A stretch of DNA of 64,000 nt. It comes from a virus. The position numbers were made by a program, and so were the translations under genes. The stretch is taken from positions 6,291-70,290 of the IMG/VR virus record IMGVR_UViG_3300024299_000011; one strand, written 5' to 3'. Positions 38,071 through 48,585 of this stretch are shown piece by piece; position 1 is the stretch's first letter, and each line of letters starts with the position of its first letter. The notes beneath the pieces are model-generated. The model searched no databases and was not told the origin of the DNA. It worked only from the letters and a program-made list of their open reading frames with translations.

Positions 38071-39063
38071 CTAGAAATTACTCCAAAAATCCTTAGCCTT
38101 TTTAGCTGGAGTTGGCTCTTTGTCAGCTAAAGCTTTCTTATCTTCGGACTGACCTGTAGGTTTAATGTTAGTTGCCTCAGCGGTTGTCTTCTTAGCTCTC
38201 TTGATCCTGCGCTTACGAAGCTTAGTTGAAACATCATTTCCCAGGACCTTTTCTATGATATCCTCAGGCATAGCTTCAAACATCTGACGAATCTCGTCTT
38301 TAATTTGCTTCTCAACTATGGGTAATACATCAGTAACTGTAATGTCCTCATTACCTTGATCTAACCCAATCATTAGGTTTTCAGCAATCCTCTTAACCAC
38401 ATATGGGCTTTTAGGTAGATCTGAACTAGCTAAAGAATCTGTAATCTCAACATCTAACTGCCTAGAATACTCTTCTTGGGCTCTAGATTGCTCTAAACTA
38501 ACCTTTTCATTCTGAAGCTCTTCTCTTGCTTTTCTCTCAACTTCGATCTCTTTTTGTAGCTTTTCAAGCTCTAATTGCTCAGGAGACTTCTTCATATCCT
38601 CAACACGCTTTTCTAAGTATGACTCAGCAAGCTTATCCATATCATGCCCAGCTGCCTTTAAAGCTTGAATTGGGTCTGATTGCATCAAATCAGCAAAACT
38701 CTTCATTTGCTTTTCCATGCCCGAAGCCTTTTGAAATCGCTCATCTGCAGCAAATCCCTTTTGTAAAAGTTCACGAATTGAGCTTTCATCACCTAAATCG
38801 ATCTCTTTTTCAACGTCTTTACCGTTAATCTTAAAGGTCATTCTCTTTTTTAGTTCTTGGATTGCTTCTACTTTTTCCTCTTCAGACGCATCTTCATCTT
38901 CGAGTACTTCGGTTAATTCTTCTTCAGTAGCATCTTCAGCGTCTATTTCTCCGCTATCCTCACCTTCTACTTCTTCAGATTCAATAACTTCATCATGTGA
39001 CGCGTCTATTGTACCTATTACTTCCTCAGCTGATGCTTCGGGGCTATCTTCTTGTATTGACAT
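38071..39063 (-). CDS. Capsid scaffolding protein
   Basis: Highly acidic N-terminus, FKING...E, coiled coils; immediately upstream of the capsid gene. Confidence 0.75.
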   Translation of the reverse strand: MSIQEDSPEASAEEVIGTIDASHDEVIESEEVEGEDSGEIDAEDATEEELTEVLEDEDASEEEKVEAIQELKKRMTFKINGKDVEKEIDLGDESSIRELLQKGFAADERFQKASGMEKQMKSFADLMQSDPIQALKAAGHDMDKLAESYLEKRVEDMKKSPEQLELEKLQKEIEVERKAREELQNEKVSLEQSRAQEEYSRQLDVEITDSLASSDLPKSPYVVKRIAENLMIGLDQGNEDITVTDVLPIVEKQIKDEIRQMFEAMPEDIIEKVLGNDVSTKLRKRRIKRAKKTTAEATNIKPTGQSEDKKALADKEPTPAKKAKDFWSNF

Positions 39064-39103
39064 ACATTTCTCCTTAATATCCCATATAGGGGTAATTAGT
39101 GCC

Positions 39104-39340
39104 TTATATTGGCAGTTGGTTAATTAGGCTCTCCACAATTGGAGCTACCTGGTTATATAAATCAACTACATAGTCTATAATTTGTTCTTGATATGGTTCG
39201 GACATAAAATATATGTTTCCGGCCATACTCAGGATTGTTACAATAATGTACATTTTATCTCTAACTTTGCGCTTAAACTTCAGCTTTCTCTTAGCTTTGA
39301 TTCTTTGTTGTACATTTGTTAGGTTTTGTTTAGACATCAA
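39104..39340 (-). CDS. Small membrane protein
   Basis: Basic N-terminus followed by a TM helix. Confidence 0.55.
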   Translation of the reverse strand: MMSKQNLTNVQQRIKAKRKLKFKRKVRDKMYIIVTILSMAGNIYFMSEPYQEQIIDYVVDLYNQVAPIVESLINQLPI

Positions 39341-39809
39341 TCATCTCTTTAAGTAATTTAGCCGGGCTATGCATAGAACAGGCGCATCCTGACAATATAG
39401 CAACAAACTCTGTACAAAAATAAGAGTCTTTGTTATTCCAGGAATTAACCTCTGGCATTGGTTCTTTAAACATAATCAACTTTACGTATGATAGCGCAAA
39501 AAATGATATACCTTTCCAGTCATAACTCCGACCCCAAAGAGATGTTAACTCTTTAAACACGTCCATTGACTTTCTATAAGATCTATCACAAGGAATTTTA
39601 GCTATTTCATTGTTTATCTCTAACCACTTAGTATAAGGTATTATCCTAACACCAGTAGTAAATGTAGATTCTATTACCATATTTTCATTTAATAACACAG
39701 CAACATGGCTTGGGTTATCTATTAATCCAAGATTTTCATATTTAGCGGCCCAGGATATTAATCTAGATCCGCACTTTTTGTTGTTACTGAATAAGTATTC
39801 AACTTTCAT
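39330..39809 (-). CDS. Permuted papain-like (NlpC/P60, YiiX/YebB-type) enzyme
   Basis: SHVAV, IES...GV, G..YD, YFCTEFVA, SP: His before Cys. Confidence 0.75.
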   Translation of the reverse strand: MKVEYLFSNNKKCGSRLISWAAKYENLGLIDNPSHVAVLLNENMVIESTFTTGVRIIPYTKWLEINNEIAKIPCDRSYRKSMDVFKELTSLWGRSYDWKGISFFALSYVKLIMFKEPMPEVNSWNNKDSYFCTEFVAILSGCACSMHSPAKLLKEMIDV

Positions 39810-40486
39810 TACACGACCTCATGTATGTCTAAATTCATAGACACTGTAATGGTCTCCGTTCCGTTATTTGTATACTCCACAGAAATATGTAGACCTAAAA
39901 ATAAATCAGCATCATAAGTGTAGCTTTTTTTATACTCTCCATCAGGCATATTAACAGAAAATCCAAATTGATTTAATGGATATAATGGAATTGTAGTAAG
40001 TAGCCCGGTATCAGTATCTAATATCTTAAAATTAACAGTATCGCCCACTTTTGTACCCAGGATATGTGCTCCGGTTATTTTAGCGGCAGCATACGGTATT
40101 TCAAAAACTAAAGAACCCGTGGCACCGGCAGCAATAGTAACCGGAGTTACGCCATGTTCTCTACCAAATAACTTTTTACCATCAGGAAGTGTTTTTGATG
40201 CAAACGGTTGTTGCGATTCTACTATTGCTTTAATTGCTTTATCTTTAAGGAGTGCAACCCCATCGTGAGCTGCAATTAAGTTGTCTAATGTAGTTTCGTC
40301 ACCAACGCTAAGTGAATCTTTAAAGTATATATTTAAAACATCAGAAGTTTCCCCAACTTCTCCAGAAGCAGTATAATCAAGAGCGATTAAGATCGACGAG
40401 CTTTGTATTTCTAATGCAAGCTTCCCATCATATACCCCATTTAATGTATCTGCCGTTATTGAGTACGTATATTTTGTCTGTGCCAT
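39809..40486 (-). CDS. Putative virion protein
   Basis: GGAGG SD before MAQTKY; late operon. Confidence 0.6.
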   Translation of the reverse strand: MAQTKYTYSITADTLNGVYDGKLALEIQSSSILIALDYTASGEVGETSDVLNIYFKDSLSVGDETTLDNLIAAHDGVALLKDKAIKAIVESQQPFASKTLPDGKKLFGREHGVTPVTIAAGATGSLVFEIPYAAAKITGAHILGTKVGDTVNFKILDTDTGLLTTIPLYPLNQFGFSVNMPDGEYKKSYTYDADLFLGLHISVEYTNNGTETITVSMNLDIHEVV

Positions 40487-41220
40487 TAAGCGACCCTCCA
40501 TATAGATATTCTGGCATTTCTTATTCTTCCAGTACCGCCGAGATCGGTTTGTCCATATTGTATTTTTAAATTAACAGCACCTGCAGTTAGTGTAACTTCT
40601 TTCATTCCAGAAAACATAGACCATACTGTAGCATCTTCACCTTTGTGATGCATAGTTACCTCACCTTCACCTGATCCGCCGATCATCATTCTAGCTTCAA
40701 CCATATCTTCTTTTGGACATGATATCTCAGCAGACCATTGGACTAAGTAATCACCAGCATCTAGAGATGTTGTAGTAAGATTAACCTTATCAACCCATCC
40801 GTTAGATGTGGTTGTAGATTTTCCGTCTGAGTCTAGATAATTATAATGTGTACCAAAAACAGATGCACTAGTTTCATCATCTTCATATTCTAAATTACCA
40901 CTAGTTGAATTATACTTTAATATCTTACCATTAGCAATATCTGTATCATCTACGGTAATACCTTGTATTCTATCAGCATTCCATGTAGCATAATCTTCAC
41001 CAAACTTTAAAAAATTGATCCCATCTGAGGTAGATAAGTCAGACGTTCCGTCATTCATAGTCAAAGTACCGGCGGTTAGTAATGAAGAAGTATCATCTGA
41101 TGCGGCTAATATCCAATAATCAGTAGGTTCTATTGTAAATGTGCCACTTGCTGGAACTTCTATCCCAACGTCCGTAACGTCTACAATTGATGCTGTATTA
41201 TTTTTAAGTATTTTATCCAT
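40486..41220 (-). CDS. Putative head fibre/decoration protein
   Basis: NADRIQG..VDDT..ILKYNS motif and C-terminal jelly-roll-like domain. Confidence 0.55.
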   Translation of the reverse strand: MDKILKNNTASIVDVTDVGIEVPASGTFTIEPTDYWILAASDDTSSLLTAGTLTMNDGTSDLSTSDGINFLKFGEDYATWNADRIQGITVDDTDIANGKILKYNSTSGNLEYEDDETSASVFGTHYNYLDSDGKSTTTSNGWVDKVNLTTTSLDAGDYLVQWSAEISCPKEDMVEARMMIGGSGEGEVTMHHKGEDATVWSMFSGMKEVTLTAGAVNLKIQYGQTDLGGTGRIRNARISIWRVA

Positions 41221-41687
41221 TAATTATTACCTATTAACTGCAGATTAACACCAGGATTCTTTACTGTTCCGTTTGTTCTGACGGCAAGCTGCTTACCTTG
41301 AGTTAAGGTTATATTTACTGTAAACGTTGTAGATCTTGATGCGACTACACTATGCGTTGAGAGTAGTGTGAGGTTAATTTGATCTCCATCATGCTCGTAT
41401 ATTTTAACATCATATGTATTTAAATTCTCACATGTAGCAACAACGGTTATTAACTTTGGGTTAGATATAAAAACAGGAATTCCTGATCTGTTAGAAACAA
41501 CACCACCGGCTATTTTAAGCCAAGTATTACCTGTATTGCTACCCGGTCTAGAAAAAGTAAACCCAGGGCTCGCCCCTGCGCCAATCTCTTCAATAGCGGT
41601 TTGAACTTTATCCGCAGTAAATCCGTTAGTTGAATTATCAAAAGGTGTTTCCTCTGCGGTCTGCTCAAATTCATCTCTACCAGACAT
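41220..41687 (-). CDS. Putative virion protein
   Basis: PFDNSTNGF.A..VQ.AIEE; late operon. Confidence 0.55.
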   Translation of the reverse strand: MSGRDEFEQTAEETPFDNSTNGFTADKVQTAIEEIGAGASPGFTFSRPGSNTGNTWLKIAGGVVSNRSGIPVFISNPKLITVVATCENLNTYDVKIYEHDGDQINLTLLSTHSVVASRSTTFTVNITLTQGKQLAVRTNGTVKNPGVNLQLIGNN

Positions 41688-41995
41688 TATGCCCTCTCTG
41701 CAATAGTTACGTTGATACTAGCACCTGTATCAGATACTATATAAAGTATTTGAGAACTAGATGCCTCATAACTTCTTATAGAATCCTTACCATGCTTAAA
41801 CCCATCAGATAATACTGTAGCAGCGCTTGGTGTTGTTGACCCATCTCCGAAATATACTCTAATCTTCCCTGAAGGTTGTATAGTGACCACTTTTCTCTCA
41901 TCTAAAACAGTGACGCCTACTTTTACTTCAGACACTACTGAATTTGACACAGGAATTACACCTTGAGATGATGGGCCATCTAATGCTTCTATCAT
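41687..41995 (-). CDS. Small beta-rich virion protein
   Basis: RK...IQ...YFG..GF pattern resembling the C-terminus of 42257..43222. Confidence 0.55.
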   Translation of the reverse strand: MIEALDGPSSQGVIPVSNSVVSEVKVGVTVLDERKVVTIQPSGKIRVYFGDGSTTPSAATVLSDGFKHGKDSIRSYEASSSQILYIVSDTGASINVTIAERA

Positions 41996-42213
41996 TAGTT
42001 AGATCCCTTATCGTCGGCTTCAACCACTTTTACTACTTCTAATATATTATTTTTTATTTTAGGTAATATTACTTGTTGCATATTTGCTAATAACTTAAAA
42101 TGAGTAACAGTATCTTCAGTCTTCCATCCGTTAAACTCTGCTTTGTTTGCAATAAAGTTTAAAAATTCTGTAACTTTTTTTAAATCATCTTCATTAAAAT
42201 TGTTTTCGTTCAT
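41995..42213 (-). CDS. Hypothetical protein
   Basis: GAGG SD, 72 aa. Confidence 0.6.
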   Translation of the reverse strand: MNENNFNEDDLKKVTEFLNFIANKAEFNGWKTEDTVTHFKLLANMQQVILPKIKNNILEVVKVVEADDKGSN

Positions 42214-42222
42214 ATTAACCTC

Positions 42223-42252
42223 AAAAAATAAAGGGGAGAAAAACTCCCCTAT
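42223..42252 (-). terminator. Intrinsic terminator
   Basis: AGGGGAG-TTTTT-CTCCCCT then TTATTTTTT on the - strand. Confidence 0.75.
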
Positions 42253-42256
42253 TTGA

Positions 42257-43222
42257 TTAACTTAATTCTAGAGTTCTAATTGCGTGTCCACTTTTAGCAG
42301 AATCGTAATATACATCAACAGCGGCTCCAGCTCTCATTTCAATATAAGATCCAGGAGATATAGGAAAACCATTAGCAGCATCTACACCACTATGTCCAAC
42401 ATACATTTTTCTATTATCGTTATTATATACTAATAGGTATTTTCTACTAGCAAGATTTGCTGCAACAACTTTTTCAGCAGTTCCAGCAGCGGCTAAAGTA
42501 TCAGCTGCAGATAAAATTGCAGTATCAGCTAAAGCTGCATCACTTGTGGCTAAAGTTCCGCTAGCAAGATTAACGTCAATCGCTCCACCAGTACTAGTAA
42601 TAGCAGTTCCAGTTCCATCATGTAACCAAGAAGCTATAGCATCATCAGTTGCATTTAAATCGTCGATATCTAATTGAACAGCATCAACAGTAATTGAATT
42701 TCCACCGTCTTGAATATTAACAGCAGCAACTCCGGCAGCATTGTTGATTGTAACATCACCAATATCCACTCCATCGTTTGCACCAAGAGTACTTCCTGAG
42801 GCATCCACTTTATCGTCAGCGAAAGTAAGATCGTCAACGTCTAACTGAGTAGCAGTAACCGTAACACTTGATCCAGATACGTCTACCTTATCTGTAGCAA
42901 ATACTAAATCTCTGATGTCTAAATCTGTAGCAGTTACAGCAATTGATGTATTTGATAAATGCACATCTAAAGCAATATCTCCGTTTTCTGAAGTACTGGT
43001 AAAAAAAGCAGTACCATCTCCTAGACGAACAGAATCGTCAACGTGGCTTAAATCCACTTCAACATTTACACCTTCTGCCATTCTAACATCTAATGCTTTC
43101 TTTCCACCTACGTCTGTATGCGTAAGTAACGTACCATCACTGGCCCGCAAAAATGCACCAACACTATCACTATCAGCTATTGTATTAGCATCCGTGGTGT
43201 CGAATATTAATTGATCTTTCAT
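42257..43222 (-). CDS. Virion protein (decoration/fibre-like) with its own promoter and terminator
   Basis: Repeats of VTAT.LD..DL...DKVD.SG; flanked by a late motif and a terminator. Confidence 0.6.
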   Translation of the reverse strand: MKDQLIFDTTDANTIADSDSVGAFLRASDGTLLTHTDVGGKKALDVRMAEGVNVEVDLSHVDDSVRLGDGTAFFTSTSENGDIALDVHLSNTSIAVTATDLDIRDLVFATDKVDVSGSSVTVTATQLDVDDLTFADDKVDASGSTLGANDGVDIGDVTINNAAGVAAVNIQDGGNSITVDAVQLDIDDLNATDDAIASWLHDGTGTAITSTGGAIDVNLASGTLATSDAALADTAILSAADTLAAAGTAEKVVAANLASRKYLLVYNNDNRKMYVGHSGVDAANGFPISPGSYIEMRAGAAVDVYYDSAKSGHAIRTLELS

Positions 43223-43268
43223 ATTTTATTCTCCCTTTATTTTTGTTTAGAGTACCCAATCACTCATA

Positions 43269-43281
43269 TTATATTTGTTAA
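43269..43281 (-). promoter_or_regulatory. Late-promoter motif (copy 4)
   Basis: TTAACAAATATAA overlapping the upstream stop codon. Confidence 0.75.
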
Positions 43282-43784
43282 ATCCAATAATGTATTTCCA
43301 ATGTATCGCCACCCTTAGTGCTGCTTACATAGATAGTAATAGCGGTAGTTGCTATTATATCGTTTATTTTCTTAGTATTTCCGGGTATTACTGTAAAATT
43401 CCTATTACCAGTAGAGTACCCAAAACTAATCGTACCTTTAAACCTAGACCTTATCTCAAACCACTTAGTCCCTATAGGAAGGACGTAGTTATACTCGGTT
43501 CCAGAAGTCACCATACTTACAGAATCTGTATCAGGAACTTGTCCAACAGAGTTGTTTATAACACTAACATCTAGTCCAGTTTTGGTCCCAATAGCTGTTG
43601 ATGAAAATAACGTAGTTCCATCACCCAATCTAATTGAGTCCGTAGTATGATCAACAATAACCTCAATAGGACTACCACCGCCAGCGGCACCATCGACGAT
43701 ACAAACCCTTAAGCAGTTTTTATCTACATCGAAAACGCTACGCAGTACTTGAAATGCGTCATATCCTTTTAAGTTATTGGCCAT
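43278..43784 (-). CDS. Putative virion protein, partial paralog of 42257..43222
   Basis: DSIRLGDGTTLFSST versus DSVRLGDGTAFFTST. Confidence 0.6.
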   Translation of the reverse strand: MANNLKGYDAFQVLRSVFDVDKNCLRVCIVDGAAGGGSPIEVIVDHTTDSIRLGDGTTLFSSTAIGTKTGLDVSVINNSVGQVPDTDSVSMVTSGTEYNYVLPIGTKWFEIRSRFKGTISFGYSTGNRNFTVIPGNTKKINDIIATTAITIYVSSTKGGDTLEIHYWI

Positions 43785-43799
43785 TAGGGTCCTTTATTA

Positions 43800-44012
43800 T
43801 TACTTGTTCTTATCGCCGTAATACGCTGACTTCATCATCTTTTTAGTTTTGTCCCAAAAGCCTTTCTTTTTCCATATGTTTTTTCGAACGACCTCATTAC
43901 CTTCAGCCTTTTTTAATTCTTTTCTTTCTTTGGCAGTCAAGTCGTCATCGCTGTTATATTTAGCTCCGACCGCATCTTTAAACCCTTTAATCAAATCTCT
44001 CTTCCTGCTCAT
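43800..44012 (-). CDS. Small basic protein
   Basis: GGGGT SD, 70 aa. Confidence 0.55.
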   Translation of the reverse strand: MSRKRDLIKGFKDAVGAKYNSDDDLTAKERKELKKAEGNEVVRKNIWKKKGFWDKTKKMMKSAYYGDKNK

Positions 44013-44527
44013 TATGACCCCTTATATTTATTATATTTTTTAACGTAATCGTGATCTTTGTAATTTCTTGCATCTATATCTTCTGGCTTTAAGTTATGTC
44101 CTTGAAACCACGAGTAAGCAGCTTTTTCCGGATCACCCTGTCTTGCTAAAACATACTTAGCTAAATGTCTAGCTATCTGTTGTTCTTTATTAGGATCGCT
44201 TTCTAAAGATGCTTTCATTTTATCTGGAGGTAAAGCGCTTAATCCTTGTAATTCAGGATTTACTTGACCGTCTCTTCTCATCATATTTAAAACTTCATTA
44301 ACTGTATTCGGCATCAAACCATAAGTTCCTGCAGCACGATGTCCTTTATGCATTCCACTTTGTATTTCTTCGTGGTTAAAGTTTCTTCCACCACCGGATT
44401 CAATTTGGCCTATTGTATTTAAAAAGTTAGTTACGTTTTCATCGTCTTCTATTCTATTTTCTATAGACTGTTGCTCATCCATTTGTTGAGCCATTTTATA
44501 AGCTTCAAGTAATTTTGGATCTGGCAT
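44012..44527 (-). CDS. Lytic transglycosylase-like (lysozyme-fold) protein
   Basis: IGQIESGG, AAGTYGLMPNT, AAYSWFQG, DYVKK; likely start MPDPK. Confidence 0.7.
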   Translation of the reverse strand: MPDPKLLEAYKMAQQMDEQQSIENRIEDDENVTNFLNTIGQIESGGGRNFNHEEIQSGMHKGHRAAGTYGLMPNTVNEVLNMMRRDGQVNPELQGLSALPPDKMKASLESDPNKEQQIARHLAKYVLARQGDPEKAAYSWFQGHNLKPEDIDARNYKDHDYVKKYNKYKGS

Positions 44528-44562
44528 AATAAGTCCTATTGTAAAAAGTGCAGGTAAAAACA

Positions 44563-46719
44563 TTATTCTGGTATTACGTCTGCCGCGTTAGTTGGAAGGT
44601 TCTCAAAGGGGGGTGGCGGAGTTGCTGGTTGAGGTAAAGTTGGATCAGGTTGTTCTCCAGGTTGTTGTAACATTTCTTCAGTCTGTCCCATAGCGCTTTG
44701 ATTAACCATATCATCTGGTGATGGTTGATTCGCAGGAGAGCCTCCTGGAGGTGCTAGAGGCTGTTCGCCTATGTGCATCAGTATATCTGGGTCCACCTGT
44801 CTTAACGCGTCTATGTGCGCTTGTATGTGGTTTAAAACATTACTAACTAAAGTAGGGTCTTCTTTTAATGCTGGATCTGATAGTATGTCTCTATGTTCTT
44901 TGATATGTAGAGAATGAGGTTCTATGTCAATAACTTGAACCTCTCCTCCGGCTATCATCTTCTCATTTTCAGATTTAACTAACATTAACTGACGATCAAT
45001 ACTATCGGTCATAGTCTCAAGCTTACCGCTATTTATAACACTGATATATTGCTCTGGGGTTTTTATTAAATTCATCTGTAGCATCTGCTCTGCCATCTGA
45101 ACTCGTCCAGCTGTCGTCTTAGCAAGAGGATTACCTACGTCAACTATTACTCTATTAACTTCAGATAAATCATCACCATTAAATTCTTTCATGTATGTTC
45201 TATTTGCTTCACCAACGATAGATGCAACTCTAGGTGCTGAGGCAAAATCTTTAAGTAACATAATTAAACCAGTACCAACATCTTCAATTAACTTAACATA
45301 AGAATGCTGTAATCCTGATATAAATTGCAAAGACATACTTTGAACCAAGGCCAAAGCATTTCCAGATTCTAATGAAGCTTCTGGGTTTCCTCTAGATACA
45401 GAGTTAACACCAGATACAGTTTCCATGGTCTTTTCTAATATAGATATAAAGTTAAAAACTTCAGGAGGAGTTGCTGTCAAATTCAAAGGTTCAGGTTTAC
45501 CTGCTTGAGTGTTATACTCTATAACGTTTAATCCACCAGCGAGCTGCCCAGGGCTAATGTCTGCACCTCTAGGAATAAGTACATTTTGTACTGCAAACGC
45601 ATTGTGGTTTGTTAACACAGCACTATATAAACTATTTACAGCATCTTGAATGGGAAGTAAATCGAATGTGTCAGTATACCCATAAGGAGTACCTAATATG
45701 TCTCCCGGAGATACTCTGTATAAAGGTAATTTTCTATATGGATTAATTGTGTCTAATAAAACTGCATCAGATTCAACAAACAACAAATAACGACCATCAG
45801 GCATTGATTCAGTTTGTCTGTGGTAAAACTCATATATAGCAATATCGTCTGATTCATCATAAAATACACCATTAAAGTCATATCGTTCTTTTTCGTCTTT
45901 AGTTTCTTGATTTAATATCTCATCTCTCATTTCAGGATATTTAGCGGCTAAGTCAAATCTGTTTTTAAACGACCTTATAAGAACCCAATCTTGTTTCTGA
46001 TTATCTTCTTTAGTGCTATCAAATACAACATCAAATGGAGATACTGTACTAAATACGACATCACCTTCATATACAGGATACCCAGACTCTAGTTCAACTG
46101 GATTCCCATCCTCGTCTAACTCGTCTTCTTCCATTGGAGATCCGTCTTCGTCAAACATCTGTTCTTCGATCTCTTCCCCAGACTCTTCATCTATTGATGA
46201 TTGAAACGACTGTTTTCTCTTATTTACTGGCTCAATATAGTCATGAACTTCACCTGCTGTAGAGTTCCACTCCATCTTAACAAAACCAGAACCAAATACA
46301 ATTGCATGCTCTATTGCTGTAGATAAGTAGTCTTCTAGGCGTTTTTCTCTCATATAATAGTCTAATAGGCCATTTGCTAGCTTAGTTTGAACTAATGACT
46401 TATAATCAGTATTAGTCGCTCTAGCCTGCATTGCTGGTCTATTTGAAGTTACCATAGTAAGCATGTGACGACATATGTTACGATAATGATTTACAGGTAA
46501 ATTAACCAATTCGCCCTGTTCTCCAGAAAACGTTAATCTGTGACCAGATCCAACATCTGTGTAATATGCACCATGGTATGCTGACCATGCTTCTTTTAAT
46601 TTATCTAAGTATCCGTTGACGTCAAGTGTATGAAACCATTTATTAGCTTTTTGAAGCACAATCCTGGCAGTATCTTCGCCATCTTTAGCTGCGAAGTATT
46701 CTCTATCTTTAGACGTCAT
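44563..46719 (-). CDS. Portal protein
   Basis: Follows TerL; GSGFVKMEW, VSPFDVVFD, PIQDAVN, SGVN..SRG, SG.ALAL; Pro-rich C-terminus. Confidence 0.85.
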   Translation of the reverse strand: MTSKDREYFAAKDGEDTARIVLQKANKWFHTLDVNGYLDKLKEAWSAYHGAYYTDVGSGHRLTFSGEQGELVNLPVNHYRNICRHMLTMVTSNRPAMQARATNTDYKSLVQTKLANGLLDYYMREKRLEDYLSTAIEHAIVFGSGFVKMEWNSTAGEVHDYIEPVNKRKQSFQSSIDEESGEEIEEQMFDEDGSPMEEDELDEDGNPVELESGYPVYEGDVVFSTVSPFDVVFDSTKEDNQKQDWVLIRSFKNRFDLAAKYPEMRDEILNQETKDEKERYDFNGVFYDESDDIAIYEFYHRQTESMPDGRYLLFVESDAVLLDTINPYRKLPLYRVSPGDILGTPYGYTDTFDLLPIQDAVNSLYSAVLTNHNAFAVQNVLIPRGADISPGQLAGGLNVIEYNTQAGKPEPLNLTATPPEVFNFISILEKTMETVSGVNSVSRGNPEASLESGNALALVQSMSLQFISGLQHSYVKLIEDVGTGLIMLLKDFASAPRVASIVGEANRTYMKEFNGDDLSEVNRVIVDVGNPLAKTTAGRVQMAEQMLQMNLIKTPEQYISVINSGKLETMTDSIDRQLMLVKSENEKMIAGGEVQVIDIEPHSLHIKEHRDILSDPALKEDPTLVSNVLNHIQAHIDALRQVDPDILMHIGEQPLAPPGGSPANQPSPDDMVNQSAMGQTEEMLQQPGEQPDPTLPQPATPPPPFENLPTNAADVIPE

Positions 46720-46746
46720 TTATCCACCTTTGGGTAAATTGGAGGT

Positions 46747-46764
46747 TCACTTTATATTTGTTAA
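46747..46764 (-). promoter_or_regulatory. Late-promoter motif (copy 5)
   Basis: Exact 18-mer between TerL and portal. Confidence 0.8.
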
Positions 46765-48236
46765 TTTTTCAAGGATTTGCGTACTTTAAAGATATCTGAA
46801 AGGAAATCGTATTTTTTGTCTTCAGTCTCTCTAGAATATGCGTTATCTGGTGATAAAGCACCATAATGTGCTGGATATGGGTTCTTAGAGAAGATTATAT
46901 TACGAATAAGGTATATAACAGCGTCTAGAGCGTCAAAGTGACCTCCATCAGCGCTTCTAGCAAATTGCTTATAATTACCAGTACTTGTACTACTATTAGC
47001 TCTTTTTGCCCATTTACCGTTCTTTAAGTGATATATCAGTGTCTTACACCTGGGGTGTATTATAACCTCTCTATTAAGCACTTTTAATCTAACATTATTG
47101 ATTGCTGCTTCTTTATTATCCTTCTTTGTTGGAAGGAAGTTTAAACCATGGCCCATTTGTAGATCATTTAGTAATATAATGTTATTATTATCTGCAAACA
47201 TCAAATAAGGCAGCTTTTCTCCGTATAATCCAGTTAATTTCTCTTTTATACCTGTAGCAAGCTCTTTACTGTTCTGTTTACGCCTTAAAACGTACTCATC
47301 CTCAATAACTACAGTATTTTTGGTAAAATCAAAGTAAGCAAATAGAGCTACTGTAAAATCCTTACCACCTATATCCATTGCAACATATACATCGAAGTAC
47401 TTAGGTCTTTCATACTCACCATTAACTATGTCTTTTTCTGCAGCTACGTCAAATTCAGGAATTACAGTTGTTTCACTGTCTCTTATTATCTCACATAGGT
47501 ACTCAGCCCTAAATCTAGGGTGATCTCGTCCACCTGGGTACCTTTTAATGATCCTTTGTATCTCTTCAGCGGTTAGTCTAACATTATCATCAATAGTATA
47601 CTTAAATAACCTATTTTCAAGGTCGGCAGGTTCAACAAATAAGGTAATAAAGGGGTGTTCTGGGTCTTTTGGGTCTGGGGTGGATGATAATATACCAGTT
47701 CCACCGGTCATAGTTGTTGTTGGTATTAAAACCGAGTAAACAACCTCCTCTAAATCATTACAGAATCCTGCCTCATCAACAATCCATAGATCACATGTAC
47801 CACCACGAACGTTGTCGTAGTTTTGGTTATCTGATCCAGCAGCTTGAATCTCACTTCCGTTCTTAAATCTCCAAACTTTCTCGCCTTCTTTCCATTCTGG
47901 CATCAAATCTGGAGGACAGTCCTTTAATATGACTTTCATATTCTTATTTAGAATGTTCTTGACCATCTTTAATTTAGGGGTTACGAATTTAACTACGGCG
48001 TCTGGCCTTTTTAAGCAAGATTCTATTGCTAGTATTGATAGAAGGTAGGATTTGCCGTTCTGCCTACTAATTAACATAGTAGTTATATCATCAGTATCGT
48101 CATAGAATTGACGGTAGATCTTTTTTTGTAAATCATCAAGCTTCCACTCAAGGATGCCTTTATTCCACAGTATCTTTACTGCTTGTTTTCGACTTACCTC
48201 GTCGTTTTGATTTCTTTTCAGAGTCGCCATTAACAC
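46761..48236 (-). CDS. terL: Terminase large subunit
   Basis: SRQNGKS, RGG, IVDEAG, SSTP, EYLCE, AMDIG..D, HFDALDA..Y. Confidence 0.92.
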   Translation of the reverse strand: MLMATLKRNQNDEVSRKQAVKILWNKGILEWKLDDLQKKIYRQFYDDTDDITTMLISRQNGKSYLLSILAIESCLKRPDAVVKFVTPKLKMVKNILNKNMKVILKDCPPDLMPEWKEGEKVWRFKNGSEIQAAGSDNQNYDNVRGGTCDLWIVDEAGFCNDLEEVVYSVLIPTTTMTGGTGILSSTPDPKDPEHPFITLFVEPADLENRLFKYTIDDNVRLTAEEIQRIIKRYPGGRDHPRFRAEYLCEIIRDSETTVIPEFDVAAEKDIVNGEYERPKYFDVYVAMDIGGKDFTVALFAYFDFTKNTVVIEDEYVLRRKQNSKELATGIKEKLTGLYGEKLPYLMFADNNNIILLNDLQMGHGLNFLPTKKDNKEAAINNVRLKVLNREVIIHPRCKTLIYHLKNGKWAKRANSSTSTGNYKQFARSADGGHFDALDAVIYLIRNIIFSKNPYPAHYGALSPDNAYSRETEDKKYDFLSDIFKVRKSLKN

Positions 48237-48585
48237 TTCCAGCTATTTGTAAAAGATCCGCTTCGGTTAAACCGTCGGGTACTTTAGTATAGTCAGCATT
48301 TACTGTACTTTTATCGTCAAGTAAACGCTTATTTTTAATATGCAAGTCCAACGCTCTGGTTTCTTCTAAAGTTAATAGTCGAATGTTAGATATTGCTTCG
48401 ATGTTTTGAATCTGTACTTCCAGAATTCTTTGCTCTGGAGTTAATGCTAGATTAAGTATTAAATTTCTATCTACGTTCTGTAGTTTATCCACTTCTTTAA
48501 GCAATATAGTAACTGTATCTTTCAGCCCTTCATTTTCTTGCTTAAGTTCTAGATTTAAAGTCTGTAATTCACCTTTTGTGGACAT
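48160..48585 (-). CDS. Probable terminase small subunit
   Basis: Helical ORF overlapping the TerL start; synteny only. Confidence 0.5.
   Translation of the reverse strand: MSTKGELQTLNLELKQENEGLKDTVTILLKEVDKLQNVDRNLILNLALTPEQRILEVQIQNIEAISNIRLLTLEETRALDLHIKNKRLLDDKSTVNADYTKVPDGLTEADLLQIAGSVNGDSEKKSKRRGKSKTSSKDTVE

Noticed and set aside
46060-46220. Intein or intron in the portal gene
   Set aside because: An in-frame acidic low-complexity loop with no splice motifs.
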